Assembly (NCBI GenBank): GCA_039621445.1
Contig: CP154954.1
Coordinates: 744,001 to 808,000, forward strand
DNA: 64,000 nucleotides
Origin: Euglena gracilis
Taxonomy: Eukaryota
Direction of reading: 5' to 3'
Every line of letters begins with the position of its first letter. Position 1 is the first letter of the stretch. A program made the translations under genes and the position numbers. Below, one piece after another: positions 1 through 13,120 of this stretch. The notes beneath the pieces are model-generated. The model saw only the letters and a program-made list of their open reading frames with translations. It had not been told where the DNA came from and did no database searches.

Positions 1-758
1 ATTTAAAAACGCACATCAATTTTAAAAGTTAACCAACTACCAAAAGTTGGTATTAACGTCGCAAATATGGAATCATTATAACGATTTTTTTCAAAATAAA
101 CGCCAGGACTACGAATAATTTGGTTAAAAATGAATTAAAAAAACTCAAACCTAAAAATTAAAAAAAAATTAACTTATAAATATAATTAATAAAAAATTAA
201 AAGTAATAATATAAACCACATCCATAATTCTTTTATTACCGTTAAAAATAAACGTACCTTTTTCAGTCATTAAAGGAATTTTTGCAAATAATATATATTT
301 ATTTAATAAGATAATAAATTCTTTTTTGCTAAAAAAAAACTTATTATTATAATGAAAAATATATTATAAAATTAATAGGAAAAATAATAAAAATCTCTCC
401 TAACAAGGAACATATTATTATAGGTAACTTCAACAGGTATATGAACAGATAAACTGTATGTTTCCCCGTTTTTCAATGCAAATTCAGCAGATATTTTAGG
501 CTTTTTATATTTCACATTATCTGTTTGAAAGCTTATCCTAAAGCCTTCATGAGCTATATCTTTTATTTTTCTTAACTCTTCTACCAAACCCTTTTTTAAA
601 AAGGAGCGAAAACTATTTCGTTGTATCATCAGTAAAATTTTTATCTAACATAAACATACCAAAAAAAATTATTTATTTATTTGTAATAAATAAAACCAAA
701 GTTAAGAATTAATTCACAAATCTAATAAATTAGAGCGTACTCTACAACCATTTACCAT
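1..758 (-). CDS. rpoB: RNA polymerase beta subunit, 5' part (4 exons visible; runs off the window start)
   Basis: Exons at about 758-720 (MVNGCRVRSNLLD), 626-~400 (IQRNSFRSF...), ~305-227 (IPLMTEKGTFIFNGNKRI) and ~126-15 (NQIIRSPGVYF...WLTFKID). These carry RpoB motifs and are separated by ~93-99 nt AT-rich introns starting NUNNG (group III type). Confidence 0.93.
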
Positions 759-975
759 TTCTCACAAAGTTCAAACAGTCTGTTTCTTTGATTTGACATT
801 AATAGTATAATGGATTTTTTAAAATTAATTTTAAATGCATATAAATTAACTAACCTTAATATTTAATAAAACAAAAAGTTCCCTTAAAAAAATAATGTTT
901 TAAAACAATTACTTCGATGTTTATACAATTTTGCAGAAGTACTATTTTTCGCATTATTTTCATGGCCAAAATTAA

Positions 976-1620
976 TTAACCAAGAACGAGCTTTTTTAAT
1001 CCTTTATTTTCAAAGGCTTTCTTACGGAAGTTTGCAACCAACCTGTTAATGCTTACTTCTCTTTTAGTTTCATTACTCTCCATTATTAAAGACAAATTAG
1101 ATGCTGAGTTAAATAAATAAATTTTCGAAAAAAATAAACGAACTCTTGTTAAATAATAGTTTTTTTATAACATAAATTTTGATATTACACTACATAAAAC
1201 TATTAGTTTTTCAAAAAAGTTGAAAAAATTAAAATGGTATTATATGAACAAATTGTTTTTATTAACTCAAAACTTTAAAAATTGAAAAATTTGCCTCTTT
1301 ATTAAATTTGATACTAAAAAATTATTGTCTTGTTTTTTTCATATCATAGGAGTTTTCTAAAAATTTAATAATTTATATTTTTTGTAAAAAAATTACTTGT
1401 TCTTACCATTTAATAAAAATTTGGCTTTTATTAAAAAAATTTTTTCATTAAATATTATATTGAAATTTATAACGAAAACGATGCTCTAATTCTATATTTA
1501 GTTGATTAGATGGAAATTTGATAAAATTAGAACCATTTTTACTAATATAAATAGGTCAAGTGTTACACATACAATAGAGAAAATAAACCATAAAAAATTA
1601 AAGTATTTTTAACAAAATTG
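976..1620 (-). pseudogene. decayed paralog of the orf351 family
   Basis: The minus strand ends ...INRLVANFRKKAFENKGLKKLVLG* (stop 976-978), similar to the orf351 C-terminus MVKNFRKRACENVDLRQI. Upstream has several stops; the 5' limit is uncertain. Confidence 0.45.
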
Positions 1621-2024
1621 ACGTACAATTTTTGTCCTAACTTGAAAAAATAACAATCTTCAATTCTTGTAATAGGAAAGTTTGGCAAATTTATGGTATT
1701 ATAGTAAAATAACAAAGTTTAAACTAGCTCAATATTAGAAAAAATTTTAAGCAATAGTATAAATAATTATTAAATTGACAAAAAATCATAACCAAAAAAG
1801 TATTAGAGTTCAAATTTTTAAGAGTCACTTTTTCTTTATTCAAAGATTGTCTTAAAAATTTCTTTACAAAAAGTTCAAACATGATGTTTTTTTATTATTT
1901 AACTTGTTGAGAGAAAAATTTTTTATCAAAACTTTAAAGATTTTAACTACTTTAACAAAGAAATCGACAAAATTCATAAAAATCAATCAAAAACATACTC
2001 AATATTAATAAATAAACTCGCGAT

Positions 2025-2140
2025 AAGGGCACTAAAAGCTTTTCCCAGAAAGCAACCTTCCAAGTATCCATTTACCCTTTATGTTTAACTTGCAAGTTCG
2101 AAATGTTTTAAGTGGATCCATAAAGACAAGAGCACCCTAA
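2025..2140 (-). rRNA. rrf: 5S rRNA (most distal operon; variant allele)
   Basis: Lies after the 23S, has paired ends, and differs from the other two copies at 5 positions. Confidence 0.9.
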
Positions 2141-2212
2141 AATAAAAGTTCATTCAAGAAACTTTTAAATCTTAAAAAAGTGACAAGTAAAAATAAATGT
2201 TTTGTTTTCATA

Positions 2213-2530
2213 TAGGAAAAAATTTTCGGTCGGTTAGTATATCTCGGCTAAAATTGTTACCAATTGTACACCTAATACCTATCAAACGGTTCGTCTTACC
2301 GTGACCTATGAAGAGTACTTATCTTAAGGTGGGCTTCCTACTTATATGCTTTCAGCAGTTATCCACTCCGCACTTGACTACCCAGCGTATTCTGTTGGCA
2401 CAAAAACTGGTACATCAGTGGTGCGTCCTTCCCGGTCCTCTCGTACTAAGGAAAGCGCCTTTCAATACTCTAACGCTCACACCGGATATGGACCGAACTG
2501 TCTCTCGACGTTCTGAACCCAGCTCACGTA

Positions 2531-2565
<35 letters not shown>

Positions 2566-2582
2566 GTACTACCGCCCCAGGT

Positions 2583-2642
<60 letters not shown>

Positions 2643-3130
2643 CAGCCTGTTATCCCTAGAGTAACTTTTATCTGTTTACGACGGCCTTTCCATACAGCAC
2701 CGTCGGGTCACTAAGACCGACTTTAGTCTCTGTTTGACTTATAAGTCTCACAGTCAAGCTTTCTTATGCCTTTACACTCCACAACTAATTTCCGTCTAGC
2801 CTGAGAAAACCTTTGTACGCCTCCGTTACTTTTTAGGAGGCTACCGCCCCAGTAAAACTGCCCACCTGAAACTGTCAATTATCATGATTGTACATAAGAT
2901 TAAGATTAGATTTCTAGCTTTCTCAGAGTGGTATCTCATTTTTCGGCTCCCCGTATCCCAAAAGACAAGATCATAGCCTCCCACCTATTCTGCGCAAAAA
3001 AAGCCCGAAACCAATTTCAGGATACAGTAAAGCTTCATAGGGTCTTTCTGTCCAAGTGCAAGTAGACCGCATCTTCACAGTCAATTCTATTTCACCGAGT
3101 CTCTTTCTGAGACAGTGTCCAAATCGTTAA

Positions 3131-3183
<53 letters not shown>

Positions 3184-5103
3184 AATTATAGTTATTGCCG
3201 CTGTTCACAGGGGCTTCAGTCACTAGCTTTGCTTACGCTAACCAATTTCTTTAACCTTCCTGCACTGAGCAGGCCTCGGCCCCCATACATCGTTTTTCAA
3301 CTTCGCGGAGACCTGTGCTTTTGGTAAGCAGTCGCTTGGACCTCTTTTCTGCCACCTCATTAGAGGTACTTCTTCTTCCGAAGTTACGAAGTCATTTTGC
3401 CGAGTTCCTTAGAAAGAGTTATCTCGCGCTCCTTAGTATATTCTACTAACCTACCTGTGTCAGTTTACGGTACAGGCGAGCTCACTATACATAAACAAAA
3501 GTTTTTCTTGGAAACATGACATCAATCACTTTCAATACCGTAGTATTTATACTATTCAGGCCTTAAGACAAAATATTTTTTTTAATATTTGATACCTCTT
3601 GAACCCTTAAACCACAAACCATCACGTGGCCGATCTAGCCTTTTTCGTCACTCCTTACAAGTGAGCATTCGGTACAGGAATATTAACCTGTCATCCATCA
3701 ATTTACGTTGTTAAACCTTATTTTAGGACCTGACTAACCCTTAGAGGACGAACCTGGCTAAGGAAACCTTAGGTTTTCGGAGCATAGGATTTTCACCAAT
3801 GTTTTCGTTACTTAAGCCGACATTCTCACTTCTGTTTAATCCAGAACTATTTTCACTATTCCTTCTCTTCAACACAGAACGCTCTTCTACCGATTTCTCT
3901 CACACCTTCGGCAAATTACTTAGTCCCGTTCATTTTCGGCGCACTATCACTTGACCAGTAAGCTATTACGCACTTTTTAAAGGAATGGCTGCTTCTAAGC
4001 CAACCTCCTGGTTGTCTATGTAATAGTACATCCTTTACCACTTAGTAATTATTTAGGGGCCTTAAGTAGTGATCTGGGCTGTTTCCCTCTTGACAATGAA
4101 GCTTATCCCCCACTGTCTCACTGATTAATTGAAATATAACTTAGTATTCAGAGTTTGCCACAACTTGGTACCATTTTCATAGCCCGCATCGAAACAGTGC
4201 TTTACCCCTAATGTTTACCATAATTAAACGCTGCGCCTCAACGCATTTCGAAGAGATCCAGCTAGCTCCAAGTTCGATTGGAATTTCTCCCCTAATCACA
4301 GTTCATCCCCCAATTTTTCAACATTGGTGGGTTCGGTCCTCCATTCTGTTTTACCAAAACTTCAACCTGACCATGATTAGATCACCTGGGTTCGGGTCTA
4401 TAAGCAATGACATAAACTTTCAAGAAGAAAGTTTTTCGCTTTATTTAAGCTCGATTTCACTATGGCTCCGGAAAAACCTTAACCTTGCCATCACCTATAA
4501 GTCGCCGGCTCATTCTTCAACAGGCACACAGTCAATCTTTAAATAGATCTCCTACTGCTTGTAAACTTATGCTTTCATATTCTATTTCACTCACTTCTCA
4601 GTGTTCTATTTCAGCTTTCCCTCACGGTACTCGTACACTATCGGTCATTTAGGAGTATTTAGCCTTACGAGATGGTCCTCGCTGATTCACACAGAATTCC
4701 ACGTGCTCTATGCTACTCGGGAAAATCAAAAATTACTTTTTAAAAACAAATACGGGATTTAAAACCCTCTTTGATTTTGTTTTCAACAAATTCTCTATCT
4801 TTTTCAGTAATTATAATATACCCACAACACCCATAAAGGTTTAGGCTGATTTCCGTTAGCTCGCCACTAATAAGAAAATCGCTTTTGCTTTCTTTTCCTT
4901 CGGCTACTAAGATGTTTCAGTTCACCAAGTTCTCTACATTATTTGTATACCATTTCATTGTAATGTTAAAGTAATAGGTTGCCCCATTCGGGAATCTTTA
5001 GATTAAAGCTCGTCTTTAGCTCCCTAAAGCATATCGTTAATTTCTACGCCCTTCTTCGACTCTAAATGCCAAGCAATCCCGCATAAGCCCTTGTTCATTT
5101 GAA
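2213..5103 (-). rRNA. rrl: 23S rRNA, copy 1
   Basis: Conserved 23S motifs as reverse complement, e.g. GAGCCGACATCGAGGTGCCAAAC and CCCGACAAGGAATTTCGCTACC. Confidence 0.97.
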
Positions 5104-5121
5104 CCTACATCAAAACCTTTT

Positions 5122-5194
5122 TGGAGATAAGCGGACTCGAACCGCTGACATCTGCCTTGCAAAGGCAGCGCTCTACCAACTGAGCTATACCCCC
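5122..5194 (-). tRNA. trnA: tRNA-Ala(UGC)
   Basis: 73-nt cloverleaf GGGGGTATAGCTCAG...; anticodon TGC; no intron. Confidence 0.97.
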
Positions 5195-5203
5195 AAAACC
5201 AAG

Positions 5204-5277
5204 AGGGCCATGCTAGACTTGAACTAGCGACCTTACCCTTATCAAGGGTATGCTCTAACCAACTGAGCTAATAGCCC
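5204..5277 (-). tRNA. trnI: tRNA-Ile(GAU)
   Basis: Cloverleaf GGGCTATTAGCTCAG...; anticodon GAT. Confidence 0.97.
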
Positions 5278-5360
5278 TCTTGGAAAAATAAGAGGTTTCC
5301 CTACTTATTTTTTTTATTTTTCATTGTTTCCAATCTATACATTTTTTTAGTTAAAAAACT

Positions 5361-5482
5361 AAAGGGAGTTGTTCCAGCCACACCTTCCAGTACGGCTACC
5401 TTGTTACGACTTCACCCCAGTCACCAGCCAGGCCTTAGGTATTTCCCTCTTTTCAGGCAAGATAATAACTTCGGGCACAGCC

Positions 5483-5520
<38 letters not shown>

Positions 5521-5776
5521 AGAACGTATTCACCGCCGTATAGCTGACCGGCGATTACTAGCGATTCCGGCTTCATGTAGGCGAGTTTCAGCCTACAATC
5601 CGAACTTAGGCTAAGTTTTAAGATTAGCTCATTTTCACAAAATTGCAACTTATTGTCTTAACCATTGTAGCACGTGTGTAGCCCAGGATATAAGGGGCAT
5701 GATGACTTGACGTCGTCCTCACCTTCCTCCGGTAATAACCAGCAGTATTTCTAAATGACAAGCGTTAATTAAAAAA

Positions 5777-5841
<65 letters not shown>

Positions 5842-5909
5842 CCACCTGTGTCTAGATACCCGAAGGTACTGCGTTCTTTCAAACTTCCTCCTAGATCCTG
5901 TCAAATCCT

Positions 5910-5990
<81 letters not shown>

Positions 5991-6083
5991 CTTGTGCAAG
6001 CGTACTCCCCAGGCGGGATACTTAACGTGTTAACTACAGCAGTGCACTTTCAGCACCACTTAGTATCCATAGTTTACGGCCAA

Positions 6084-6115
<32 letters not shown>

Positions 6116-6861
6116 TCAGCTTTCGTTTCTCAGCGTCAGTATTGGCCTAGAAAAGTGCCTTCGCCATTGGTGTTCTTTCCAATCTCTACGCATTTCACCG
6201 CTACACTGGAAATTCCCTTCACCCCTACCATACTCAAGTCTAGCAGTTTTTAATGCCCTTCCAAAGTTAAGCTTTGACTTTTAACATTAAACACACTTGA
6301 CCGCCTACAAACTCTTTACGCCCAATAATTCCGGATAACGCTCGCATCTCCCGTATTACCGCGGCTGCTGGCACGGAATTAGCCGATGCTTATTCCTCAA
6401 ATACCGTCATTTCTTCTTCTTTGAGAAAAGAAGTTTACAACCCAAAGGCCGTCTTCCTTCACGCGGTATTGCTCCGTCAGGCTTGCGCCCATTGCGGAAA
6501 ATTCCTCACTGCTGCCTTCCGTAGAAGTCTGTTCCGTTCTCAATCCCAGTGTGGCTGATCATCCTCTCAAATCAGCTACTGATCGTCGCCTTGGTAAGCC
6601 TTTACCTCACCAACAAGCTAATCAGATGCAAGCTCATGCCTAGGCGAAATTCTCTTTAACTAGCTACTCACATAGATCTAGTAAATTATGAGGCATTAGC
6701 AAACGTTTCCATCTGTTATTCCTCGCCCAAGCGCAGATTCTTACATATTACTCACACCCGTCCGCCACTAAATTACTATTGCTAGTAATTTCGTTCAACT
6801 TGCATGTGTTAAGCATACCGCCAGCGTTCACCCTGAGCAAGGATCAAACTCGTCATTTCCA
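5361..6861 (-). rRNA. rrs: 16S rRNA, copy 1
   Basis: Universal 16S motifs (GAGTTTGATCC, GTGCCAGCAGCCGCGG, AAGTCGTAACAAGG). Confidence 0.97.
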
Positions 6862-6942
6862 AAACATCAAAGTTGGTCAAATCCTCTCACCCTCTTGGTG
6901 ACCAAGCAAGGGGCACATTTACTATAATGTGTACACTAAAAG

Positions 6943-6996
6943 CGCGCTTTGTAGGATTCGAACCTACTACATCAGGTTTTGGAGACCTACGCCTTA
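6943..6996 (-). pseudogene. pseudo-trnW(CCA), 3' two-thirds, in rRNA leader
   Basis: Minus strand ...GGTCTCCAAAACCTGATGTAGTAGGTTCGAATCCTACAAAGCGCG has anticodon and T arms but no 5' acceptor/D arm. Confidence 0.85.
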
Positions 6997-7020
6997 GGAT
7001 TTTAAAGAAAAGAAATATTT

Positions 7021-7200
7021 GGCTAATACAAGGATTCAATCCACGACCCTACCCTTATCAAAGGTATTCTATAATAATAAAAGATAATAGTGATCTTTGA
7101 AAAATAAAAAATTTTCCTTTTGATTTTTTTATTTTTTAAAATTTATACGGTATTTTAATTAAAAATAAAAAAATTGTCCCAGCCACACGTTAAAGTACGG
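7021..7200 (-). pseudogene. degenerate copy of trnI plus spacer and 16S 3' end in the leader
   Basis: cgaccctacccttatcaaaggtattcta vs trnI cgaccttacccttatcaagggtatgctcta; ttgtcccagccacacgttaaagtacgg vs 16S ttgttccagccacaccttccagtacgg. Confidence 0.8.
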
Positions 7201-7946
7201 AAAAATTTACACTAGGAATTAAGCTAAGTTATTTCTTGTGAATGAAAAGAATTCACAAGATCAGGGGTAAAAGCATAACACCTAAACTGTGCGCATGAGC
7301 ATTTACGTATGAAAGTCTAGGAACCTTACCTTAATATTTTTCAATATCACAAAATATAGGGTACTCAGCAGCAATATAAGAAGTATAAAGACATTTTGGT
7401 CTCTTGTAGCATTTTATAAATATTCGTCCAAATCGACAATGAACGACACGCTTCTTACTAGCAAAAGATTTACAACTAAAAAGCACACACATAACACAAA
7501 GAACCAAATACAAAGTAGCAATAACTATAATGTACAACAAAATAAAACTCTTATCAGAAGATTACCTAATATTCTCACTATGATTCAACCTATCTTGTTG
7601 AATTTTGTGATTAATCTTTTATATTAGCGAAGAAACATAGTCATTTTCCAAACACTCGAGGATATTATTCATATCGTTTAAAATTTTAAAAGAAAAATAT
7701 TACGAAATTCACTGATTTCTATAAACAGATTGTCTTATTTTTTCCGAAGCATCATGTTTTGGCCAAAAAAAATTCAAACTTAAAGGAAACGTGGTTTGAC
7801 AAATTCCTTGGTTTAATTATACCACAATACATTTATCCATGCAATAAAACACTAACGTAACGGCAGTCATAAAAATTACTCGAAAATCGAGTTAATATTA
7901 ATAAATAAACTCACTAAGAGACAATTAAATAAATTAAACTTCCCAT

Positions 7947-8062
7947 AAGGGCACTAAAATCTTTTCCCGGAAAGTAACCTTTCAAGTATCTATTTACCCT
8001 TTATGTTTAACTTGCAAGTTCGAAATGTTTTAAGTGGATCCATAAAGACAAGAGCACCCTAA
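7947..8062 (-). rRNA. rrf: 5S rRNA, copy 2
   Basis: Homologous to 2025-2140. Confidence 0.9.
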
Positions 8063-8134
8063 AATAAAAGTTCATTCAAGAAACTTTTAAATCTTAAAAA
8101 AGTGACAAGTAAAAATAAATGTTTTGTTTTCATA

Positions 8135-8452
8135 TAGGAAAAAATTTTCGGTCGGTTAGTATATCTCGGCTAAAATTGTTACCAATTGTACACCTAATAC
8201 CTATCAAACGGTTCGTCTTACCGTGACCTATGAAGAGTACTTATCTTAAGGTGGGCTTCCTACTTATATGCTTTCAGCAGTTATCCACTCCGCACTTGAC
8301 TACCCAGCGTATTCTGTTGGCACAAAAACTGGTACATCAGTGGTGCGTCCTTCCCGGTCCTCTCGTACTAAGGAAAGCGCCTTTCAATACTCTAACGCTC
8401 ACACCGGATATGGACCGAACTGTCTCTCGACGTTCTGAACCCAGCTCACGTA

Positions 8453-8487
<35 letters not shown>

Positions 8488-8504
8488 GTACTACCGCCCC
8501 AGGT

Positions 8505-8564
<60 letters not shown>

Positions 8565-9052
8565 CAGCCTGTTATCCCTAGAGTAACTTTTATCTGTTTA
8601 CGACGGCCTTTCCATACAGCACCGTCGGGTCACTAAGACCGACTTTAGTCTCTGTTTGACTTATAAGTCTCACAGTCAAGCTTTCTTATGCCTTTACACT
8701 CCACAACTAATTTCCGTCTAGCCTGAGAAAACCTTTGTACGCCTCCGTTACTTTTTAGGAGGCTACCGCCCCAGTAAAACTGCCCACCTGAAACTGTCAA
8801 TTATCATGATTGTACATAAGATTAAGATTAGATTTCTAGCTTTCTCAGAGTGGTATCTCATTTTTCGGCTCCCCGTATCCCAAAAGACAAGATCATAGCC
8901 TCCCACCTATTCTGCGCAAAAAAAGCCCGAAACCAATTTCAGGATACAGTAAAGCTTCATAGGGTCTTTCTGTCCAAGTGCAAGTAGACCGCATCTTCAC
9001 AGTCAATTCTATTTCACCGAGTCTCTTTCTGAGACAGTGTCCAAATCGTTAA

Positions 9053-9105
<53 letters not shown>

Positions 9106-11025
9106 AATTATAGTTATTGCCGCTGTTCACAGGGGCTTCAGTCACTAGCTTTGCTTACGCTAACCAATTTCTTTAACCTTCCTGCACTGAGCAGGCCTCG
9201 GCCCCCATACATCGTTTTTCAACTTCGCGGAGACCTGTGCTTTTGGTAAGCAGTCGCTTGGACCTCTTTTCTGCCACCTCATTAGAGGTACTTCTTCTTC
9301 CGAAGTTACGAAGTCATTTTGCCGAGTTCCTTAGAAAGAGTTATCTCGCGCTCCTTAGTATATTCTACTAACCTACCTGTGTCAGTTTACGGTACAGGCG
9401 AGCTCACTATACATAAACAAAAGTTTTTCTTGGAAACATGACATCAATCACTTTCAATACCGTAGTATTTATACTATTCAGGCCTTAAGACAAAATATTT
9501 TTTTTAATATTTGATACCTCTTGAACCCTTAAACCACAAACCATCACGTGGCCGATCTAGCCTTTTTCGTCACTCCTTACAAGTGAGCATTCGGTACAGG
9601 AATATTAACCTGTCATCCATCAATTTACGTTGTTAAACCTTATTTTAGGACCTGACTAACCCTTAGAGGACGAACCTGGCTAAGGAAACCTTAGGTTTTC
9701 GGAGCATAGGATTTTCACCAATGTTTTCGTTACTTAAGCCGACATTCTCACTTCTGTTTAATCCAGAACTATTTTCACTATTCCTTCTCTTCAACACAGA
9801 ACGCTCTTCTACCGATTTCTCTCACACCTTCGGCAAATTACTTAGTCCCGTTCATTTTCGGCGCACTATCACTTGACCAGTAAGCTATTACGCACTTTTT
9901 AAAGGAATGGCTGCTTCTAAGCCAACCTCCTGGTTGTCTATGTAATAGTACATCCTTTACCACTTAGTAATTATTTAGGGGCCTTAAGTAGTGATCTGGG
10001 CTGCTTCCCTCTTGACAATGAAGCTTATCCCCCACTGTCTCACTGATTAATTGAAATATAACTTAGTATTCAGAGTTTGCCACAACTTGGTACCATTTTC
10101 ATAGCCCGCATCGAAACAGTGCTTTACCCCTAATGTTTACCATAATTAAACGCTGCGCCTCAACGCATTTCGAAGAGATCCAGCTAGCTCCAAGTTCGAT
10201 TGGAATTTCTCCCCTAATCACAGTTCATCCCCCAATTTTTCAACATTGGTGGGTTCGGTCCTCCATTCTGTTTTACCAAAACTTCAACCTGACCATGATT
10301 AGATCACCTGGGTTCGGGTCTATAAGCAATGACATAAACTTTCAAGAAGAAAGTTTTTCGCTTTATTTAAGCTCGATTTCACTATGGCTCCGGAAAAACC
10401 TTAACCTTGCCATCACCTATAAGTCGCCGGCTCATTCTTCAACAGGCACACAGTCAATCTTTAAATAGATCTCCTACTGCTTGTAAACTTATGCTTTCAT
10501 ATTCTATTTCACTCACTTCTCAGTGTTCTATTTCAGCTTTCCCTCACGGTACTCGTACACTATCGGTCATTTAGGAGTATTTAGCCTTACGAGATGGTCC
10601 TCGCTGATTCACACAGAATTCCACGTGCTCTATGCTACTCGGGAAAATCAAAAATTACTTTTTAAAAACAAATACGGGATTTAAAACCCTCTTTGATTTT
10701 GTTTTCAACAAATTCTCTATCTTTTTCAGTAATTATAATATACCCACAACACCCATAAAGGTTTAGGCTGATTTCCGTTAGCTCGCCACTAATAAGAAAA
10801 TCGCTTTTGCTTTCTTTTCCTTCGGCTACTAAGATGTTTCAGTTCACCAAGTTCTCTACATTATTTGTATACCATTTCATTGTAATGTTAAAGTAATAGG
10901 TTGCCCCATTCGGGAATCTTTAGATTAAAGCTCGTCTTTAGCTCCCTAAAGCATATCGTTAATTTCTACGCCCTTCTTCGACTCTAAATGCCAAGCAATC
11001 CCGCATAAGCCCTTGTTCATTTGAA
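8135..11025 (-). rRNA. rrl: 23S rRNA, copy 2
   Basis: Near-identical to copy 1. Confidence 0.97.
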
Positions 11026-11043
11026 CCTACATCAAAACCTTTT

Positions 11044-11116
11044 TGGAGATAAGCGGACTCGAACCGCTGACATCTGCCTTGCAAAGGCAGCGCTCTACCA
11101 ACTGAGCTATACCCCC
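11044..11116 (-). tRNA. trnA: tRNA-Ala(UGC)
   Basis: Same as 5122-5194. Confidence 0.97.
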
Positions 11117-11125
11117 AAAACCAAG

Positions 11126-11199
11126 AGGGCCATGCTAGACTTGAACTAGCGACCTTACCCTTATCAAGGGTATGCTCTAACCAACTGAGCTAATAGCCC
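11126..11199 (-). tRNA. trnI: tRNA-Ile(GAU)
   Basis: Same as 5204-5277. Confidence 0.97.
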
Positions 11200-11282
11200 T
11201 CTTGGAAAAATAAGAGGTTTCCCTACTTATTTTTTTTATTTTTCATTGTTTCCAATCTATACATTTTTTTAGTTAAAAAACT

Positions 11283-11404
11283 AAAGGGAGTTGTTCCAGC
11301 CACACCTTCCAGTACGGCTACCTTGTTACGACTTCACCCCAGTCACCAGCCAGGCCTTAGGTATTTCCCTCTTTTCAGGCAAGATAATAACTTCGGGCAC
11401 AGCC

Positions 11405-11442
<38 letters not shown>

Positions 11443-11698
11443 AGAACGTATTCACCGCCGTATAGCTGACCGGCGATTACTAGCGATTCCGGCTTCATGT
11501 AGGCGAGTTTCAGCCTACAATCCGAACTTAGGCTAAGTTTTAAGATTAGCTCATTTTCACAAAATTGCAACTTATTGTCTTAACCATTGTAGCACGTGTG
11601 TAGCCCAGGATATAAGGGGCATGATGACTTGACGTCGTCCTCACCTTCCTCCGGTAATAACCAGCAGTATTTCTAAATGACAAGCGTTAATTAAAAAA

Positions 11699-11763
<65 letters not shown>

Positions 11764-11831
11764 CCACCTGTGTCTAGATACCCGAAGGTACTGCGTTCTT
11801 TCAAACTTCCTCCTAGATCCTGTCAAATCCT

Positions 11832-11912
<81 letters not shown>

Positions 11913-12005
11913 CTTGTGCAAGCGTACTCCCCAGGCGGGATACTTAACGTGTTAACTACAGCAGTGCACTTTCAGCACCACTTAGTATCCATAGTTTACG
12001 GCCAA

Positions 12006-12037
<32 letters not shown>

Positions 12038-12781
12038 TCAGCTTTCGTTTCTCAGCGTCAGTATTGGCCTAGAAAAGTGCCTTCGCCATTGGTGTTCTTT
12101 CCAATCTCTACGCATTTCACCGCTACACTGGAAATTCCCTTCACCCCTACCATACTCAAGTCTAGCAGTTTTTAATGCCCTTCCAAAGTTAAGCTTTGAC
12201 TTTTAACATTAAACACACTTGACCGCCTACAAACTCTTTACGCCCAATAATTCCGGATAACGCTCGCATCTCCCGTATTACCGCGGCTGCTGGCACGGAA
12301 TTAGCCGATGCTTATTCCTCAAATACCGTCATTTCTTCTTCTTTGAGAAAAGAAGTTTACAACCCAAAGGCCGTCTTCCTTCACGCGGTATTGCTCCGTC
12401 AGGCTTGCGCCCATTGCGGAAAATTCCTCACTGCTGCCTTCCGTAGAAGTCTGTTCCGTTCTCAATCCCAGTGTGGCTGATCATCCTCTCAAATCAGCTA
12501 CTGATCGTCGCCTTGGTAAGCCTTTACCTCACCAACAAGCTAATCAGATGCAAGCTCATGCCTAGGCGAAATTCTCTTTAACTAGCTACTCACATAGATC
12601 TAGTAAATTATGAGGCATTAGCAAACGTTTCCATCTGTTATTCCTCACCCAAGCGCAGATTCTTACATATTACTCACCCGTCCGCCACTAAATTACTATT
12701 GCTAGTAATTTCGTTCAACTTGCATGTGTTAAGCATACCGCCAGCGTTCACCCTGAGCAAGGATCAAACTCGTCATTTCCA
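11283..12781 (-). rRNA. rrs: 16S rRNA, copy 2
   Basis: Universal 16S motifs. Confidence 0.97.
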
Positions 12782-12862
12782 AAACATCAAAGTTGGTCAA
12801 ATCCTCTCACCCTCTTGGTGACCAAGCAAGGGGCACATTTACTATAATGTGCCCACTAAAAG

Positions 12863-12916
12863 CGCGCTTTGTAGGATTCGAACCTACTACATCAGGTTTT
12901 GGAGACCTACGCCTTA
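12863..12916 (-). pseudogene. pseudo-trnW(CCA)
   Basis: Same as 6943-6996. Confidence 0.85.
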
Positions 12917-12940
12917 GGATTTTAAAGAAAAGAAATATTT

Positions 12941-13120
12941 GGCTAATACAAGGATTCAATCCACGACCCTACCCTTATCAAAGGTATTCTATAATAATAA
13001 AAGATAATAGTGATCTTTGAAAAATAAAAAATTTTCCTTTTGATTTTTTTATTTTTTAAAATTTATACGGTATTTTAATTAAAAATAAAAAAATTGTCCC
13101 AGCCACACGTTAAAGTACGG
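12941..13120 (-). pseudogene. degenerate trnI / 16S 3'-end copy in leader
   Basis: Same as 7021-7200. Confidence 0.8.

Noticed and set aside
793-811. TTGACA...TATAAT on the plus strand
   Set aside because: The spacer is only 7 nt and there is no plus-strand gene downstream.
6751-6760. 2-nt insertion (ctcacacccg) in 16S copy 1
   Set aside because: Single dinucleotide stutter, most likely a consensus error.
7331-7627. 69-aa and 62-aa ORFs in the inter-operon spacer
   Set aside because: Short, overlapping and without recognisable motifs; they recur only because of the operon repeat.
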